Source of the DNA: Lama guanicoe
Lineage: Eukaryota
Direction of reading: 5' to 3'
NCBI GenBank assembly: GCA_013239625.1
Contig: MU053934.1
Span: 5,908,399 to 5,972,398, forward strand
DNA length: 64,000 nucleotides
Shown: positions 60,820 to 64,000 of the stretch, one piece after another
Layout of the letters: each line of letters begins with the position of its first letter
Position numbering within the stretch: the stretch's first letter is position 1
Translations under genes and position numbers: made by a program
Notes under the pieces: generated by a model
What the model was told of the DNA's origin: nothing
The model's input: the letters and a program-made list of their open reading frames with translations, nothing else
Databases searched by the model: none

Positions 60820-61350
60820 GTTGGCGTGGGGAAGAGAACAGTGCGCGCTATCCGCTGCAGGGCTAGCGCCGGGGGATTTTTCACGTCACTGTAGCAACAC
60901 CCCTCCCACACGCACCCAAGGGAGAACTACAAGTCCCACAAGCGCCCGCGGTTCCCCCGCCTCCAGGGGAGGAGGGGCGCGGGCGAGCGCGGAACCGGCT
61001 TTTCCTCTTTCCTGAAGCGTGATTGGCCCGTGGTTCTGGGAGGTGGCCAATGGGTGCGCTCGGGGAGAGCGGCGAAGCCAATATGGCTTCCTGCACCTGG
61101 TGACGGTTGAAGAAACTGTGTTAGGTCTCATGGAGAAGCCCCGGGGTGTCGAGGTGAGAGGGAGAGGACTTCTCGTGACTGGGAAAGGGAACCCCGAGAG
61201 CCTCGCGCGGTGGGCCCTCCTTTAGGGCTTTGAGCGACGCCTAGAGGGTGGAGGATGGAAGAATGGATAAACAGGTAGTTAGGCTAAGCCGGGCCAGAGG
61301 CGATCGGCGTTGCCTTTCGCTCCCGTGCTCCTGGGGCCGAGTAGTCAAGG
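60820..61350 (+). promoter_or_regulatory. L3MBTL2: L3MBTL2 CpG-island promoter
   Basis: CpG-rich; TCACGTCA 60881-60888, RFX-like GTCACTGTAGCAAC 60885-60898, ZNF143/THAP11 motif ACTACAAGTCCCA 60926-60938, CCAAT boxes at 61022 (reverse), 61047, 61078; YY1-like CAATATGGC 61079-61087. Confidence 0.85.
61130..61153 (+). CDS. L3MBTL2: L3MBTL2 coding exon 1 (MEKPRGVE)
   Basis: ATG at 61130, GAG|gtgaga donor; matches the recalled L3MBTL2 N-terminus (human MEKPRSIE); splices in phase 0 to 63151; EP300-L3MBTL2 synteny. Confidence 0.9.
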
Positions 61351-61499
61351 AAAGAAGGCTCCCTGGCCTGGGGAAAGGGGAACTGGGTTTCAGGATCTGA
61401 GTTTCTAAATCTTCTTCCTCCTCCTTGTCTCGTGGGGGTGTTCTTTAGGGATTATGAGGCCTGTCACATCCTGGTGAGAAGTAAAGGAAGTAAAAGTTT

Positions 61500-62500
61500 A
61501 ATAAACTCTCCGTGCCTGGAGCGTTCACGTGCATTATCTCCCGATATACTCACAACAATCCTGTGTTATTGTTTCGTTTTTATGGTTCAAGTAGCTGAGG
61601 CTTAGAGAGGTGGTGCAACTCCCCGAGAGGGTCACACAGCTGAAAAGTGAAGGAGGTGGGCACTGTCTGTCAAGTTCCAAAGCTCTACTTGATTTGCTTT
61701 TTCCACTCTACCACAGCCAGTAATCCACTCATCCTTTAATCATTTGGCTTCTGGTCATCTTATATTTGACTTAGGTTTCACTCTAGTACATTTGTATGTA
61801 TAGTTGTAAATATAAAGTGGAATAGCTCAAAAACTCTACAAGGGTAAAGGAGAATAATCATAAAGTGGAGAGTAAGAACAATAGCTTAGAGTTTTAGAGC
61901 AGTCACTAACTGTTGGAAACAGAAGTAACTGGGCTTTACATATCTTATCACTGTTCATAGTAATCCTCTAAAGAAGTTGTGTTATATCTGTTGTACTGAT
62001 GGGGAAACCGAGAGCAGTAAGGTTAAATATCTTGCGCATAATCACACAGGTAATAAGTGGTAGAGCCTGGATTCAAACTCAGGCAAATCTGGTTTGAGAG
62101 CCCATATTTTTAACGTAATGATTGCCACCATTTATTGAGCACTTGCTATGTGCAAGTCACTGTTTTTAGCACTTTCCGTATTAACCCTTACTTTTCCCCT
62201 AAAGCCTATGAAATAGGTGGAATTGTCCTCATTTACAGACGCAGAAATGGAGGCACTGAGATTGATCCGCTGCAGGTCGTACAGCTAGTAAGCAGTAGAG
62301 AGGGTATTTGAGCCCTGGCCTAGAGCCCAAACTCTTCACACCTTTTCTGCTGCATGCCAGGTAGATTTTAGATTTATATACAATGTTTCATTTATATGTC
62401 AGAAAGTGTGATCCAAATATTGTTCTTGTTTTATAGATGAGAAAATTGAGGCCCAGAGAGGTTAAATGCCTAGTTAGGATCAGAGCTGAATCCATAGCCA
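61500..62500 (-). mobile_element. Cluster of ~4 MIR fragments in L3MBTL2 intron 1
   Basis: Repeated reverse MIR cores (gatggggaaaccgagag, tttacagacgcagaaatggaggcact, ttttatagatgagaaaattgaggcccagagaggttaa). Confidence 0.7.
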
Positions 62501-62571
62501 TGATGTAGCTAGTGTGTTTCCTGCTTCTTAAATTCTTTTACGGATAGTCTGGATACCAAATTTTGTTTTCT

Positions 62572-62693
62572 ACTTTTTTTTCGGGGGGGGTGGTTGGTAA
62601 TTTGATTGACTGATTGAGTTAATGGAGGTACTGAGGATTGAACCCAGGACCTCATGCATGCATGCACTCTACCACTGAACTATACCCTCCCCT
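62572..62693 (-). mobile_element. tRNA-derived SINE (Vic-1-like)
   Basis: aatggaggtactgaggattgaacccaggacctcatgcatgc...ctctaccactgaactataccctcccc. Confidence 0.85.
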
Positions 62694-63150
62694 CTGTGTA
62701 CCTAATTAAGTTTTCTCTGACTTAAATTGTTTTTGAGTTGAAATTATTTTGTTGTACATATGCTGAAGGAGAAAAATGAGATTCTAAAATACATCTTTCC
62801 CAGAAAGTCTTCATGAGGCACCTTGCTTAGAATATTTTCACATCACTGCATTCTGTTCAAATTGTGTTAAAATATCATCATTTGTAAATCCACTGAAGGA
62901 GCTTGTTGAATTCCTAATACATGTTTTCTGTCTTGCTAAGGTATTTTGTTGAGTTGCAATTGAGAAATGTATAAGAGTAATGATCCTGGTGTTTGCAAAA
63001 GAGCTGTTTGATTCTGCCTGCCACTTGGCCCAAAAGTGTTGACTTGACCAAGAACTGGAAAGGGGGTTGATAGCAGATCTGCAGCCTCCCTTCCCACACA
63101 CTAAGCCAACTGTGATTCCTTCTGCCTGGTTTGTGTCATCCTTCCACTAG

Positions 63151-63391
63151 GAGACTCCGTCTTCAGAACCAATAGAAGAGGAAGAGGAAGATGATGACTT
63201 GGAGCTCTTTGGTGGCTATGACAGTTTCCGGAGTTACAACAGCAGTGCGGGCAGTGAGAGCAGCTCCTATTTAGAGGAGTCGAGTGAAGCAGAAAATGAG
63301 GATCGGGAAGCAGGGGAGCTGCCCACCTCCCCCCTGCATTTGCTCAGCCCTGGGACACCCCGCTCCTTGGATGGCAGTGGTTCTGAGCCAG
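63151..63391 (+). CDS. L3MBTL2: L3MBTL2 coding exon 2 (acidic N-terminal region); gene continues beyond the window
   Basis: ctag|GAGACT...CCAG|gtgcct; ETPSSEPIEEEEEDDDLELFGGYDSFRSYNSSAGSESSSYLEESSEAENEDREAGELPTSPLHLLSPGTPRSLDGSGSEP. Confidence 0.93.
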
Positions 63392-64000
63392 GTGCCTTCA
63401 GAGTGTCCCTTGAAGATGGGGAAGTTTCAGGAGGCTGTGGAGGAAGAGTAGGATTAGGCCCTGTGGGCAGAGCTGTCCAGGTGTAAGGATGTCTAAGGAC
63501 CTGAGAGAGAGAGAGAGAGAGGCACCACAAGTATCCCTAGGGGTCACTTCCCCTGCTGTAGTCTGATTTCAAGTTGTGATTTCATTCATTCTTTCTTACA
63601 GCTTTTCATTCATTCTTTCTTACAACAATTCTTTCTTTCATTTTTTCTTCATTCATTCTTGCTAATATTTATTCAGCATGTGAGATGCCAGTCATCAACA
63701 TGGTGCTGCTTTTGCATTTGTGTAAATAGTTGGTGGCTTTCTAAGCCTGGATGTTGAGCATATAGGACACCTAAAGTGTTCTGGTTACTACTTGGGAAGA
63801 GACAAGAAATAGTTTGTGGGTTGGAAGTGGCAGGGAGGGAAAAATAGAATAAAGTGACCTCTGGGTAAGAGGATTAGTAGAGGGCGGGTGCGGGGTACAG
63901 ATAAGAATCCCCATGGATCATCTAGAAGCCAGTTGGCTTCAAAGGTATGATGCTTGCACAGCTGCTGGAGCCCTGTGTCAGGGCCTCCCGTGTGTGAACT

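Overview
Mammalian genomic DNA, most likely a camelid, judging from about nine copies of a Vic-1-like tRNA-derived SINE. Bases 1-30.6 kb hold the 3' two-thirds of EP300 (p300 acetyltransferase, + strand): 23 GT-AG coding exons matching human exons 9-31 (KIX, bromodomain, RING, PHD, HAT, ZZ, TAZ2, NCBD), the stop at 29515-29517 and a 3'UTR with AATAAA at 30599. About 32.9-52.5 kb is a nested block of L1 fragments, a near full-length Tigger1 DNA transposon, a MER47/Tigger5 fragment and SINEs. An orphan CpG island lies at about 54.3-55.3 kb. The L3MBTL2 promoter and coding exons 1-2 lie at 60.8-63.4 kb (+). No prokaryotic-type system such as CRISPR is present. The most interesting signal is in EP300 intron 19: a 325-nt AG-free zone behind a candidate distant branch point, ending in an alternative in-frame acceptor that would insert 10 aa (SSPQYGLLAD) into the RING domain. 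Other notable signals are CpG-rich patches inside old L1 DNA, the orphan CpG island, an isolated perfect RFX palindrome and an abrupt SINE/L1/MER47 junction. Human exon and residue numbers and repeat family names come from recall, not from alignments. Repeat boundaries are approximate.
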